Source of the DNA: the human T2T-CHM13v2.0 reference genome, Homo sapiens
Assembly: GCF_009914755.1 (NCBI RefSeq)
Contig: NC_060928.1
DNA: 64,000 bases
Direction: 5' to 3' (one strand)
Below the pieces are notes generated by a model, which was not told the DNA's origin, ran no database searches, and worked only from the letters and a program-made list of their open reading frames with translations. Numbering within the stretch: the first letter of the stretch is position 1; each line of letters opens with the position of its first letter. The translations under genes were made by a program, and so were the position numbers. Shown here piece by piece: positions 1 to 16,887 of the stretch.

Positions 1-716
1 GCCTCACCTGGGAAGCGCAAGGGGTCAGGGAGTTCCCTTTCCGAGTCAAAGAAAGGGGTGACGGACGCACCTGGAAAATCGGGTCACTCCCACCCGAATA
101 TTGCGCTTTTCAGACCGGCTTAAGAAACGGCGCACCATGAGACTATATCCCACACCTGGCTCGGAGGGTCCTACGCCCACGGAATCTCGCTGATTGCTAG
201 CACAGCAGTCTGAGATCAAACTGCAAGGCGGCAACGAGGCTGGGGGAGGGGCGCCCGCCATTGCCCAGGCTTGCTTAGGTAAACAAAGCAGCCGGGAAGC
301 TCGAACTGGGTGGAGCCCACCACAGCTCAAGGAGGCCTGCCTGCCTCTGTAGGCTCCACCTCTGGGGGCAGGGCACAGACAAACAAAAAGACAGCAGTAA
401 CCTCTGCAGACTTAAGTGTCCCTGTCTGACAGCTTTGAAGAGAGCAGTGGTTCTCCCAGGAGGCAGCTGGAGATCTGAGAACGGGCAGACTGCCTCCTCA
501 AGTGGGTCCCTGACTCCTGACCCCCGAGCAGCCTAACTGGGAGGCACCCCCCAGCAGGGGCACACTGACACCTCACACGGCAGGGTATTCCAACAGACCT
601 GCAGCTGAGGGTCCTGTCTGTTAGAAGGAAAACTAACAACCAGAAAGGACATCTACACCGAAAACCCATCTGTACATCACCATCATCAAAGACCAAAAGT
701 AGATAAAACCACAAAG
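1..716. promoter_or_regulatory. L1 5' UTR: internal sense promoter (partial) and antisense promoter region, with SOX/SRY-type sites
   Basis: CpG-dense L1HS 5' UTR. AAACAA motifs at 281-286 and 381-386 match the two known SOX sites given an offset of ~191 nt from the L1 start. The antisense promoter is established for this region of L1HS. Confidence 0.85.
46..261 (-). CDS. LINE-1 ORF0 protein (71 aa, primate-specific antisense ORF)
   Basis: MAGAPPPASLPPCSLISDCCASNQRDSVGVGPSEPGVGYSLMVRRFLSRSEKRNIRVGVTRFSRCVRHPFL, starting at the CAT at 259-261. It is the C-terminal 71 aa of track ORF 46..330. Minus-strand donors CAG|GTGTGG (~155) and CAG|GTGCGT (~70) lie within it. Confidence 0.85.
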   Translation of the reverse strand: MAGAPPPASLPPCSLISDCCASNQRDSVGVGPSEPGVGYSLMVRRFLSRSEKRNIRVGVTRFSRCVRHPFL

Positions 717-1733
717 ATGGGGAAAAAACAGAACAGAAAAACTGGAAACTCTAAAACGCAGAGCGCCTCTCCTCCTCCAAAGGAACGCAGTTCCTCACCA
801 GCAACAGAACAAAGCTGGATGGAGAATGATTTTGACGAGCTGAGAGAAGAAGGCTTCAGACGATCAAATTACTCTGAGCTACGGGAGGACATTCAAACCA
901 AAGGCAAAGAAGTTGAAAACTTTGAAAAAAATTTAGAAGAATGTATAACTAGAATAACCAATACAGAGAAGTGCTTAAAGGAGCTGATGGAGCTGAAAAC
1001 CAAGGCTCGAGAACTACGTGAAGAATGCAGAAGCCTCAGGAGCCGATGCGATCAACTGGAAGAAAGGGTATCAGCAATGGAAGATGAAATGAATGAAATG
1101 AAGCGAGAAGGGAAGTTTAGAGAAAAAAGAATAAAAAGAAATGAGCAAAGCCTCCAAGAAATATGGGACTATGTGAAAAGACCAAATCTACGTCTGATTG
1201 GTGTACCTGAAAGTGATGTGGAGAATGGAACCAAGTTGGAAAACACTCTGCAGGATATTATCCAGGAGAACTTCCCCAATCTAGCAAGGCAGGCCAACGT
1301 TCAGATTCAGGAAATACAGAGAACGCCACAAAGATACTCCTCGAGAAGAGCAACTCCAAGACACATAATTGTCAGATTCACCAAAGTTGAAATGAAGGAA
1401 AAAATGTTAAGGGCAGCCAGAGAGAAAGGTCGGGTTACCCTCAAAGGAAAGCCCATCAGACTAACAGCGGATCTCTCGGCAGAAACCCTACAAGCCAGAA
1501 GAGAGTGGGGGCCAATATTCAACATTCTTAAAGAAAAGAATTTTCAACCCAGAATTTCATATCCAGCCAAACTAAGCTTCATAAGTGAAGGAGAAATAAA
1601 ATACTTTATAGACAAGCAAATGTTGAGAGATTTTGTCACCACCAGGCCTGCCCTAAAAGAGCTCCTGAAGGAAGCGCTAAACATGGAAAGGAACAACCGG
1701 TACCAGCCGCTGCAAAATCATGCCAAAATGTAA
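717..1733 (+). CDS. LINE-1 ORF1p, RNA-binding nucleic acid chaperone (338 aa)
   Basis: MGKKQNRKTGNSK start, coiled coil, RRM and CTD. REKG, ARR and YPAKLS motifs intact. Confidence 0.99.
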   Translation: MGKKQNRKTGNSKTQSASPPPKERSSSPATEQSWMENDFDELREEGFRRSNYSELREDIQTKGKEVENFEKNLEECITRITNTEKCLKELMELKTKARELREECRSLRSRCDQLEERVSAMEDEMNEMKREGKFREKRIKRNEQSLQEIWDYVKRPNLRLIGVPESDVENGTKLENTLQDIIQENFPNLARQANVQIQEIQRTPQRYSSRRATPRHIIVRFTKVEMKEKMLRAAREKGRVTLKGKPIRLTADLSAETLQARREWGPIFNILKEKNFQPRISYPAKLSFISEGEIKYFIDKQMLRDFVTTRPALKELLKEALNMERNNRYQPLQNHAKM

Positions 1734-1772
1734 AGACCATCGAGACTAGGAAGAAACTGCATCAACTAATGA

Positions 1773-5624
<3,852 letters not shown>

Positions 5625-5667
5625 ACAATGAGATCACATGGACACAGGAAGGGGAATATCACACTCT

Positions 5668-5701
5668 GGGGACTGTGGTGGGGTCGGGGGAGGGGGGAGG
5701 G
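5668..5701 (+). other. G-rich tract of L1 3' UTR (G-quadruplex-capable)
   Basis: GGGGACTGTGGTGGGGTCGGGGGAGGGGGGAGGG has four or more G runs; a standard L1 3' UTR feature. Confidence 0.7.
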
Positions 5702-5827
5702 ATAGCATTGGGAGATATACCTAATGCTAGATGACACATTAGTGGGTGCAGCGCACCAGCATGGCACATGTATACATATGTAACTAACCTGCACAATGTG
5801 CACATGTACCCTAAAACTTAGAGTATA

Positions 5828-5885
<58 letters not shown>

Positions 5886-6041
5886 AAGTATCTCATAAAC
5901 TTAAATGATGTTAAGGGCAAATGTTTATATTAAAGTATCCATAAAAAGAACTAAATTTGTAAAAATGAGACTCAAAATAACTTACATAATTTTAATACAA
6001 ATCATTTAAAATTGAATTTTGCTTAGAGAAGAGTTTTCTAA

Positions 6042-6382
<341 letters not shown>

Positions 6383-8709
6383 AAAAACTGTATTTACTAA
6401 AATATTTTATTACTCTTTTATATGTTTGTATACCAAAATAATGCCAGAATTATGTTTAAACAAATGTATTTATATTCATGTATTTATGGCTTTACCAGTA
6501 CAAGGCATTAGGTTAAGGCTGTGTAGCAATATAAGGATGAATAAAATTACCATTTCTTTCCTTAAAAACTTCATAACAGGGAAGCCGTACACACAAGTAA
6601 ATATCACAGCTTACAGACTTAAGTCTGCCATAGGTGAGGTTGATATTGTTACAGAGGTCATTTTTCACTCAGTCATTCAACAGTAATAAAGGATTGCCTC
6701 TTAAGTGCCTGCCACTCTTCTAGGTATGATGGATAGAGAGAACAAGACTAACAACGAATGAATAAATAACTTCACAGGATTATTTCAAATAATAATAAGT
6801 ACAATCAATAATTTCAAAGAGTGCTACTAAGATATAGAACTAGAGAGTAGCTGATTGTCCTATTGTGGAGAGCTATGGAACTGGTGGATAATTAAGAGCT
6901 ACCACCCTCTGTGTGAGCAGAAATTGTTTTGGTTTATATTTAATAGGGATCAGCCATTCAAAGCCTCTTTCTTCTACCTAATCACATTTATGGCATTGTT
7001 ATAATATAAACTAAGATGCTTCCCTTAAAGTACATCATGCAATTATTTCACAGCAAGGAGCTTAGCTTTAGTTATAGATGATCATTTCTGCTTTCTTCTT
7101 TTCCTGATCCTCATAAAATATTGTTCAAGTATCTTCCCTAATATCTAGATTCTGTAACTTTCTAGACTGTTAGATTGTTATGATCTAGATTCATCAACTT
7201 TCCTTGATGCTAAAAAAGGTCCATTTGTTTCTGTCCAGAACATGTGAATATATCATGTTCACATTTAATATATTTAAAATAAATGACCTCTGAGGAATAG
7301 AGGGCTGTGCAGCTTGAACATCTCCAAGGACAAGGCTAAATACTAACTTCTTTGGCAGCAGTTCTGTCCTCAGGCAGACATATCTATGAGCTTTGCAGAG
7401 AGACTCTTGCCTCCTAGGACTCATGAAAAGGCAATGAAAATTATGGCTCTTATTCCTGCACAAATATTTCACGTGTAGAAAATGCCAGGGAAGCTTCTAT
7501 TATTAGAAGTAATTGCACATTCTAGAAAAGTTGCATTTACCACATACATTTTAATTCAACATATGCCCAGCTATTGCAATTCCAGACACAACTTATATGG
7601 CATTTCAGGCTTTGTTCAATTATTCTTCCCAACTAGTTAATAAGGTAAATAGAAAAATAATTATTATCCCTATTCTCTCTAGAAGAGTAAACCAAAACTC
7701 AGGCAGGGTAACACAAACAATCATGGATTAAGAACTCTAAGCCAAGTTTTAAATTCTTAGTCCAGTGTTACTTTCACTATGTCAGAATGGCTGTGCAATG
7801 ATAAATTTTATATACTGGAAGAATAATTCCTTTCACTTACATGTCTACAGTACTTGTGCATAAAAATTAGACTATCTTTCCATATAGAACTAAATGATAA
7901 ATGCATAGCAGAGAGATTTTTAAACAGCGAAAATAATGTTACAATTTTCTAATTCATAGGCATGAACACTGTTTTCGAAGTAAAAGGGAAAAACAATGAC
8001 TTTCTTGCAGTATTAAAATTTTACAAACCAACTTCTCTGTTTTCTAAGATTTTTCTTACAATCTTGCTTAATAGTCTTAAACCCTTTTTGTATACTACAT
8101 AGCATTAGTTTTCATATAATATGTCCACAATAATTCTGATACTTAGGAAAGTATTATCTCTATTTTATGGGTAGCTTGGCATAGAAAGATTAAGTGACTG
8201 GCACATAGGCCAGTATTTTGCATTACACTGTAGTACATTTTTTGCCCTACTATATTTTGCACAAGATGAGATTTTCTGGTAGTGTTGAGACTAGTACCTC
8301 ATCACACTTAATGCAGAAAATTTGATCTACACTTTGGAAAAAAAGAATAGAGAGTAGCTATTGACAAAGGGAAGCAATCCCAGGAAATTTCAAAAGTAAA
8401 ATAAACTTCCTTAATTGTTGAACTCCCTTGATCAGGTTACGTCTTCATATCAAATGCTTTTGTAATGTCTAATATCAATCTCTATCACTGAAGTTACTGG
8501 CCTTGAAGAAGGGACTACTTCTTACTCACCTGTGTGTATCACAAGGATTAAATCTGGTAAATATAGGCACTCAATAAATTCTTGATGCTTAGTTAGTAAA
8601 TTAATTATATTCTTTTTATTTTTAATATTTTTAGATAATAAAAATTCTTCAGTTAAAGACATTAATCTCCCTGGCCAACATAGCCAGGATAGTTAATGTG
8701 GCTGCCTAA

Positions 8710-8913
<204 letters not shown>

Positions 8914-10884
8914 TAAAGATTATTTTTGCAAGGTGTTTATAATGATTTTTAAATATGTTTTTATTATTTAAGACTTCTAGTCATTAAAATATCCCAAAAC
9001 TCCTGTACTCCATTGAGACCATGTTGATTCCTTAGAGAATAGAAATGGTGTCTGTGATTGTATATGAGAAAAATAAGTGAAAACTGATCAACTATCCAAT
9101 TGGGATGGAGGAAGAAAGAGCATGTAGCCATAAGCTTTCATCAACTACTCTTTCCTTTCAGTTGCTGAGGTTATCAGATGCTCTTCCATTCATAATCACT
9201 GAGTGACTTTTCAACTTCAAATACCATAAGATGGCCAGTGAAGAGGTCTAGATCTAATCATTTTCCTTCTAAAAACAGCTTTGTAAGATGAATGTGAAAG
9301 CAAAAGAAATTTGATCCGCCACTGATCCCACTTGGATTTAAATTAAGATACACTATGTGTTAAAATTCACTCTTAAAGCTTAAAGACAAATGCATCTGTG
9401 GTTTGCTTCCCAGGGCTTTCTTCCTAATCTGCCACTGACAGTGAAGCCAACATTGTAAGAACAGTGTGACAGTGACAATTTACCAATGACTGAGACAGGT
9501 TTTGAACAATTGCTGAAAGTCTAGGGCAGGATTTTCTTAGAATGACAGTCGCATTGAAATATCTGCAACACAAACTTTCCCAATCTAATCCCCAAGTCCT
9601 GTATTGACTGCATGATCTGTACAGTTCTTTGAAGGATCTAGGAGGAGATGCTCACCAACTCATGGATGATCTAGTGAGTCAGTGAGTGCTGGAACAAGGA
9701 CATTTTTAGCATGCTAGCAGAACTCAGTGCACATCCATCAACATATCTGAGACAGATTGACAAGGACAGCCTTGTCCTCCTTAGGCAGTTACACAGTTTT
9801 ATGAAATCCGTATGCAATCTTTATAGAAAATACACATGTGATTTTGCTGAATACCGGGATATTAGTCAAGTAAGCCCCCCTCATCAGTTTTCCATAGAAT
9901 CCAAAAACTTAAAAGACTTGAAAAATAATAGTGCTACTGCTGACATGTGGTTGCTGTATGTTTTATGTACTGTTTTTAACAATAATAATTGAATGTGAAT
10001 TGCATTTTGATTTTTTAAATAGAATCTTATATTCTAAGTTCCAGATAGAAAGAGAAAGATCTAAAACCCTGTGTGAGGTATTGGCTCCACAGATAATTGG
10101 GTAAAGAAAGAAGGCAGACCAAAGAAAATGTTTTGAATGATTTAATATACCAAAGCAAATAATAATTTAAATTACCTAATTCTAGAACTATACCCTCTTG
10201 TATATGTAAGAGTGGTAATCAAGATGATTATAAAAATGATTTAGAAAAAAGAATTTCCAAAGTGTTGAGATGATAATCCCAATTATGTCAGTTATCTCAA
10301 GGTGATGACAGACAAATTTATAGAGGAGTTAATAGGACATAAAATGTCATCAATTAAACCTTTTTAGCTACCTTCTGTGATTTATGTCATTTTTAGAGTT
10401 TAACATTTCAATGAAAGCATAGTCCAATAAACAGAGAGATACTGGGAAATTCTAGGCAGTAATTTGGAGAAAAGAATAGAGCAGCAAAGAACACAGAGAA
10501 TCAACCAGCTATCCATCACCATGTTTGACTAACCGCGTGCTTCTCTCTGCAAATGCTAATCTACTTGAGAACCACCCTTTCCCTCAGATGCTGGAAGCCA
10601 GTTAATGTATAGTTTTAATTTAACGTTTCCACATGTTCCCAAGGTCTTGTGTTTCCTCTTTTGAATAGAAACCTAGATAGACAGGCTGGCAGACACACCC
10701 TTTCCACAATGTTGGAACAAAATTTAAAGCAGTGATTACCAGATGAAACTTGAGTTTCTTTCAGTGTTTGGTGAAATGAGAAAAAAGAAAAAAAGGACAA
10801 CATAGTGAATTTTAAATAAAATCAACTGTATTTTTTTTTTTGTAATTTGTACTTTTTCACTTTTAAAATACCCTTTATAAGGTG

Positions 10885-11070
10885 GGAACAATAGACACTG
10901 GGGATTCCATAAAGGGGGAGGGATCCTAGGGGGCAAAGGTTGAATCTATTGTGTACTGTGTTCGCTATTTGGGTGACAGGTTCAGTGGAAGCCCAAACCT
11001 CAGCATCACACAATATATCCATGTAACCATCCTACATATGTACCCCCTAAAATAAAAAAATAAATAAAAA
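10885..11070 (+). mobile_element. Old L1 3' end (L1PB/late L1PA-like)
   Basis: CCCAAACCTCAGCATCACACAATATATCCATGTAAC...TACCCCCTAAAATAAAA followed by an A-rich tail. Confidence 0.8.
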
Positions 11071-11689
11071 TTAAGTTAACATAAAAAATGTGCTTTATAC
11101 AAATAAAAGAGGCTAATTAAAAGAAACCATTTGATTTTTTATCTTGACAAAATGAAAATTTTGAAGCTATGCTGCCTGTCTTCCCAGTTTTATTTTTATT
11201 GATCTCAGAAAGCTAAAAGTCTTGGAAAAACTGGTTTAAAGTTTCATATGGAAATAAACATGTTGCCTATGGAAAAGTATAGTTAATCCAGATTATTATT
11301 TTAGTAAATACAGAACTTTTTCTGTCATCCTATATATCCTTCATTAGTATATAAGCCCTAAAGTGTGTTTTTTGTGAATTTCTAACTGTGTGTATCCGTA
11401 TATGTTTTTGTCTCTATTTCCATTTTTTTCTCCCTGTGACTCTTCTAAGCATCTGCCCATATTTGCATAAACTATCATTAAAACAGCTCTGTCCAAACGT
11501 CTGAATCTGGGATTTTCTTGCTCAGTATAGCTAAATGTAAATGACAAAAGAAGGCAAACATTTTAAATCAAATGCCCTCTAAATCAAGTTCTTGATCACT
11601 TACTACTCTGTAAATAGAGCTGTAGTCTAAGTTTGAACTGAAAGAACAAACTGCATTCAGGGATGGAAAAGGGGGTTACCCCCACCATA

Positions 11690-11945
11690 AAGCAGGGGCT
11701 TCTAAGGGTCCGGCCCACCACCCACAGTAAGAAATCCATTTTACATTAAAGCTTGAAAGCACATTCACAGAAATACAACTAAACATCCGCAGCTTAACAA
11801 ACATCTTGTGAAACAATACTTATCCTTATTTAGTGCAATGCACGCTCACATTTTTTATTCTATCATTTTTAAGCTGACCACAGTTGCCATATTGATTTCA
11901 TGACCCACTTATGTGTCATGGCTCACAGTTTGAAAAATATTGCCA
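11690..11945. mobile_element. hAT-Charlie DNA transposon relic (MER119-like)
   Basis: CCCACAGTAAGAAATCCATTTTACAT...ATTGATTTCATGACCCACT...CACAGTTTGAAAAATATTG resembles Charlie-family MITE termini; recalled, not searched. Confidence 0.5.
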
Positions 11946-12924
11946 TAAAGCATACATCATAAGGGTGCTATTAAATTACATAGCAGCATAAAGTTCAACA
12001 GAATTCTCTTAAATCAATATAAAATTAGAATCTGGGCCCTAACAAATAATTTTCTAGTGTGTTTCCATTGAATTCCTAAGGGAAATAATCAGATATTTTT
12101 AACTCACCTTTCCTGATGTCCCTTTCATCTGATCTGATTGTCTCTATCTCAACTTTCCTCGATTATTCTCTAGATAAATATCTTCTAAAGTAGGAGGAGA
12201 GAAAAGATAAATAAAAGCTTTATTTTTTTAAGGTAAACTCTGAGGATCCTAGTTTCAGTATTGATGATGATTCAGATACTGGCTTAAGATTCTCAATTAT
12301 ATAAATTTAGGAGAAAGTGTTCTTAAAAATTACTAAAGAAAGGAGTTACCTTAAATTTCCTATTTCATGTTTGTATAATAAATTATCTGCAATGTTTCCC
12401 AATTTATTTTCAAATGAGTAATAAGAGGTAATTTTAAATCTGTTACATATGTTGGTAATGTGTACATGGATATGTATTAATATGTGCATATGTACATGAA
12501 CACACAACCCCACATATATATATAAAATATATATATTTTATATATAACCCCGCATATATATATATATAAAATACATTTACAGTGGCAGAGACCAAGCTTT
12601 GGAATTCAAAGTAGTTCAAGCCCTGATTCGAACTTCTTAACCACTAATTTTTTTTAAAATGAGATAATAATCACATCTGCCTCACAAGCTGCTGTCAAGG
12701 GCAAATTAAAGTCAGCAAAAATCAAAGTGTTAGTATATTGTTAGTTATTACTCTAAATTCCAAGGAATTATCTGTGTAAGTTTTTTTCTGCAGGAGTAAA
12801 AAATAAAATAAAATAAAATTAGTCTTGCTGACCATTTCAGCTGATTTCCATGTATAATCCTAATCTTATAATTCACTTCATGCATGTGAGTAGAGAAAAA
12901 TAACCTCTTTAAAACAAGAAAATT

Positions 12925-13232
12925 GGCTGGACGGGGTGGCTAACGCCTGTAATCCCCACACTTTGGGAGGCCAAGGTGGGCAGATTGCTTGAGCCCAGGA
13001 ATTCCAGACCAGCCTGGGCAACATGGCAAAACCCCATCTCTACAAAAAATACAAAAAATTAGCCAGGCGTGGTGGCACCTGCCTGGGGTCCCAGCTACTC
13101 TGGAGGCTGAGGCAGGAGCATTGCTTGAGTCTGGCAAGTCGAGGCTTCAGCGAGCTGTGTTCCACCACTCCACTCTAGCCCTGGTGACAGAGCAAGACCC
13201 TGTTTCAAAAATAAATAAATAAAAATAAAAAA
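12925..13232 (+). mobile_element. Alu (AluJ-like), full length
   Basis: GGCTGGACGGGGTGGC...TTGCTTGAGCCCAGG...GACCCTGTTTC plus A-rich tail. TSD TAAAACAAGAAAATT at 12910-12924 and 13233-13247. Confidence 0.95.
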
Positions 13233-13503
13233 TAAAACAAGAAAATTATAGAGAAAAGACTAACACTATAGTTGAGGCTAGAAGGGATTCAAATTTATAC
13301 TCTGGAGGCTGAGGCAGGAGCATTGCTTGAGTCTGGCAAGTCGAGGCTTCAGCGAGCTGTGTTCCACCACTCCACTCTAGCCCTGGTGACAGAGCAAGAC
13401 CCTGTTTCAAAAATAAATAAATAAAAATAAAAAATAAAACAAGAAAATTATAGAGAAAAGACTAACACTATAGTTGAGGCTAGAAGGGATTCAAATTTAT
13501 ACT
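13096..13503. repeat. Perfect 202-bp tandem duplication (Alu right arm + tail + TSD + flank)
   Basis: 13096-13297 is repeated identically at 13298-13499. TACT microhomology at 13096, 13298 and 13500. Confidence 0.95.
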
Positions 13504-13667
13504 TATTTCCTAAAATCTTTAGATAATTGAAATTGACCATCAGTGATCGCTATTGAGACAATCTCCTACACTCTCAACGACTTAAATTTTCAACTTCTCT
13601 GAGTTCTCTTAAAGTAATAACCAAATATAAACTTCAATCGGTGGACTGTGTTCTGTAGACTATCCAA

Positions 13668-14003
13668 CGCATGGGCAAACTATGGTCCCCAGGTCAAATC
13701 TAGCCCACCAAATGTTTATCTATGGCCTGCAGGCTAGGAATGGTTTTTATATTTCTAAATGGTTGGAGAAAAAGATTACAAGAAGAAAAATATTTAGTGA
13801 TAGTGAAAATTACATAAAATTCAAATTTCAGTTTCCACAGATAAAGCTTCATTTGAACACAACAAAAGTCATTCATTTATATATTGTCTATGGCTACTTT
13901 CATGCTTTAACAGCAAAGTTTAGTAGTTGAAATAGATACTGTATGGTCCACAAAGCCTAACATAAAATATTTATTATCTTGTTCTTCACAGTTTGCCAAC
14001 CAT
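13668..14003. mobile_element. MER58-like hAT-Charlie DNA transposon
   Basis: GGCAAACTATGG...CAAATCTAGCCCACC...AATGGTTTTTATATTT...CCACAAAGCCTAA...GTTTGCCAACC; the termini are inverted. Confidence 0.8.
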
Positions 14004-14877
14004 GGATTACAGAGCAAACAAAACAAAACCTCAAGGACAAAATGTGAGTGATGCTTATTAGCACATTAATCTAATATACTTCATATTTCAAAATACAGTA
14101 AAGATAATTTTTCACCATAACTGTGTCTTATATTTGAGATAGAGTATACACCCTTGAACTACATAAACTTAATTACTTTAAAACTATAGTAACAAAATAA
14201 AGAGCATACTGTTTTGAACTAAGATACGTTAGTGTGCTTCAAAATCTAGTAAAGAAAAAAGGTTTTTTATTCTCTAATAGTGTATAGTACACACCTAGGT
14301 AATGAAATTAGTTAAATATTATTATTTTTATAGTGGAATGGATCCCAATTTAAAATAAAATCCCAAGAACTATTTTCTACAGGCCTTCTATCCATCATTA
14401 CAAGTGAAAAATCAGTATTCTCCAAAATCAAAATTTAATTTAGATCAAGTAACATTTTATTAAACTCCTAGGACTATAAAAAAAAACTACTGATTTCAGT
14501 TTAACATAAGCACTAGTGTTTGAAGGAATGAGAGGATTTTATTTATATATTAATCAGCACTAATTAAATGGAGACTAACAGATAATAGCTTCTTATTACT
14601 TGCCCACAAGTACTTGAGCCAAACAGTTAAATCAACAGCTAAAGAGTTTAAATGGACCTATGAGTCAAAAGAAAACATTGAAAAAGCACATTCAGAATTT
14701 GCTACTTCTAAATCTCAAGTACTTCTCAATTTTATCAAACACATAATGAATCATCACTAAATCTTGACTTAATTTTCAAAACGGGCAAGAGGAAATTGTT
14801 CACCAATCTTAAGCAGGTGAAAGGATTAGATACTTCATAAATTAAAACATGTAATGTTTGACCTTCTTAGTCTAGAT

Positions 14878-15089
14878 CAGTGTTCTCTGGCCTGGAGGGT
14901 ACACCCGCACCTCTCACACCCTACAACACAATATAGGTGTATGACAAAAAAATTATAAAATCCCATTTCTATTTCTTACTAACTTTCAATCATGTACATT
15001 AATATAATAATAAAGTACCTACAGTGAAAGAATATCATGAAAACATTTTACTTACAAGTGCACATAACAAAAATAATTGAAAACCACTG
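14878..15089. mobile_element. hAT-Charlie MITE (MER5/MER113-like)
   Basis: Termini CAGTGTTCTC / GAAAACCACTG with 8-bp hAT-type TSD GTCTAGAT / GTCTAAAT (14870-14877, 15090-15097). Confidence 0.65.
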
Positions 15090-15234
15090 GTCTAAATTAC
15101 TTTGGTTTGATCTTGAAGTATAATCAATTGCAATAGTCTAAGTAATTTTGATATAAGCTAGAATGACAGGTCAGTTGAAAATGGTTGGTTTCTCTCACAT
15201 CCGACTGTAATCTCTAAAATGGTTGAACGCTAGA

Positions 15235-15510
15235 AAGAAGCAGAACACCTTGAAGAAAGAGCTGATTCCAACTCTGAAGTGGGAAATGTATAGGATGGGC
15301 GTGGTAGAAGATCAGAAAGCTATCAAAAACAATTGAGGACATGTTCAAAGAACTCAGGTGACAAAAGAGGATCCCACTGGCCAAAAATGGGACAATGTGA
15401 GTATCCATAATTATAGTAACTGCAATAGATTGCCTGTTTAAATTCATATGCATTGGTTGCTTTCAGAGAATGCTAGGGAACTAACTCATTTTGAAAACTG
15501 CTAAATTTTT
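15235..15510 (+). mobile_element. Ancient L1M (L1MC-like) 3' fragment
   Basis: GAGCTGATTCCA...GAAAGCTATCAAA...CCCACTGGCCAAAAATGGGACAAT resembles L1MC 3' UTR sequence; diverged. Confidence 0.5.
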
Positions 15511-16887
15511 TAAAATCAAGCATTTATCTTATATTTTCTAAAAAATAAAAATACTCAAGGTAGATGTAGGGAAAATAAAGAATAGGTGACATTTTGTGCT
15601 TGAAGTAAAAAAAATGGCATTTATTTCTTCTAAGTGATGGTATAACTTTTACTCTTGTTCTCAGTATGAAAATACTCAACCAAAAGTAATATGGCATTAT
15701 TTTTCCCAAGGAGTTTAGTTTCATGCCCTGACTGGTGGATTTTTTAAAGAAAAATGATTCTGTCACCTAATTTAAAACCTTTTGGAATCCATAGTTCAAA
15801 TCAATCCTTTATAGATGGTTAAAGTGAAGAACTTTTAATAAAATTGTCTTTCCTTTCAGTGGTTAATCCTTAAGACCTGAAAAAAATCCTTCTGAGCTGA
15901 TAATGTTTCGTTTTTTCATCCTGCCAGTAGAAAGGAAGCCAAATAAAATACCCCATCCTACAGTTTCCTTCAAGGTTATAAATGAGGCTGAAGATGTCCT
16001 GGCCTTATTTTCTAAGCTGGCTAAAGTCCCCATAGCCATTTGCTTATCTCAGGGGGACTGGATAGCTCCTTTAAATTATATTTTATATGGTATGTCCCTG
16101 AGTTTTAAAAACTATCTGAGCAACAGTAAAGTCTCATTCCTTAAGGTAGGACAGCAATGAAAAGGCTGGCTCATTTCCCTGGTGTGCTTGCCAACACTCT
16201 TCATGCATGAATATTTCTCCCTGCTGCTGTCAGTGAGCCTTTCGAGGTGAGGACAAGATGTTTTAGCCATAGAACTACAGGATCAGGGGAATGAGCTAAA
16301 AAAGAAGATATCACTGTAAATTTTTTTAAAAAAGTCATTCTTTCCATTCTCATTCCCCATAATGAGCATTCTATACACCACTGAGACAGAAATATTCTCA
16401 GTTACTTACAATTAGATGATCTAATTTCGATTCAATTATTCTAGTTAGTAGTTGCAAATGACTGAAAATCTCTGAGGCTAAACTTTATTATCTGTACACA
16501 GGGAATAACAATAATAAGTTCTACCAAACTGCAAGGTCAGAAATGAGAAAATAAAAGTAACATTGCTTGTACAATTAATATGTAATATAAACTGTCAACA
16601 TTATCATAAAAATGTCATTTGGAGAATGAAAAAGTACCAGCTTTTAGATATTCCACAATATCTATATACTAAGCACCTTATATATATTACCACATATAAA
16701 ACTATGAGGTATGTGTGAGTATTCTCAGCTTACTAATCAGGAAACTGAGGCCCAAAGAAGCTTAGTAGTGTGCCAAAAGATACGTATGGAACAATCAATT
16801 AGCCCGAGGTTAAATGTGAATCTAAGTCTGTCAGACTCTCAGACCAAGCTATTAACTCATTTTTTTCCCACTTCTAGACACAGCCAG

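Noticed and set aside
8521-8560. Perfect minus-strand donor CAG|GTGAGT at 8530
   Set aside because: Only a weak acceptor giving a ~24-nt exon within L2-like sequence; isolated consensus donors are common.
10023-10077. Possible plus-strand 55-nt exon (TAG|...GAG|GTATTG), and a donor AAT|GTGAGT near 15397
   Set aside because: Splice sites are mediocre or unpaired; insufficient support from sequence alone.
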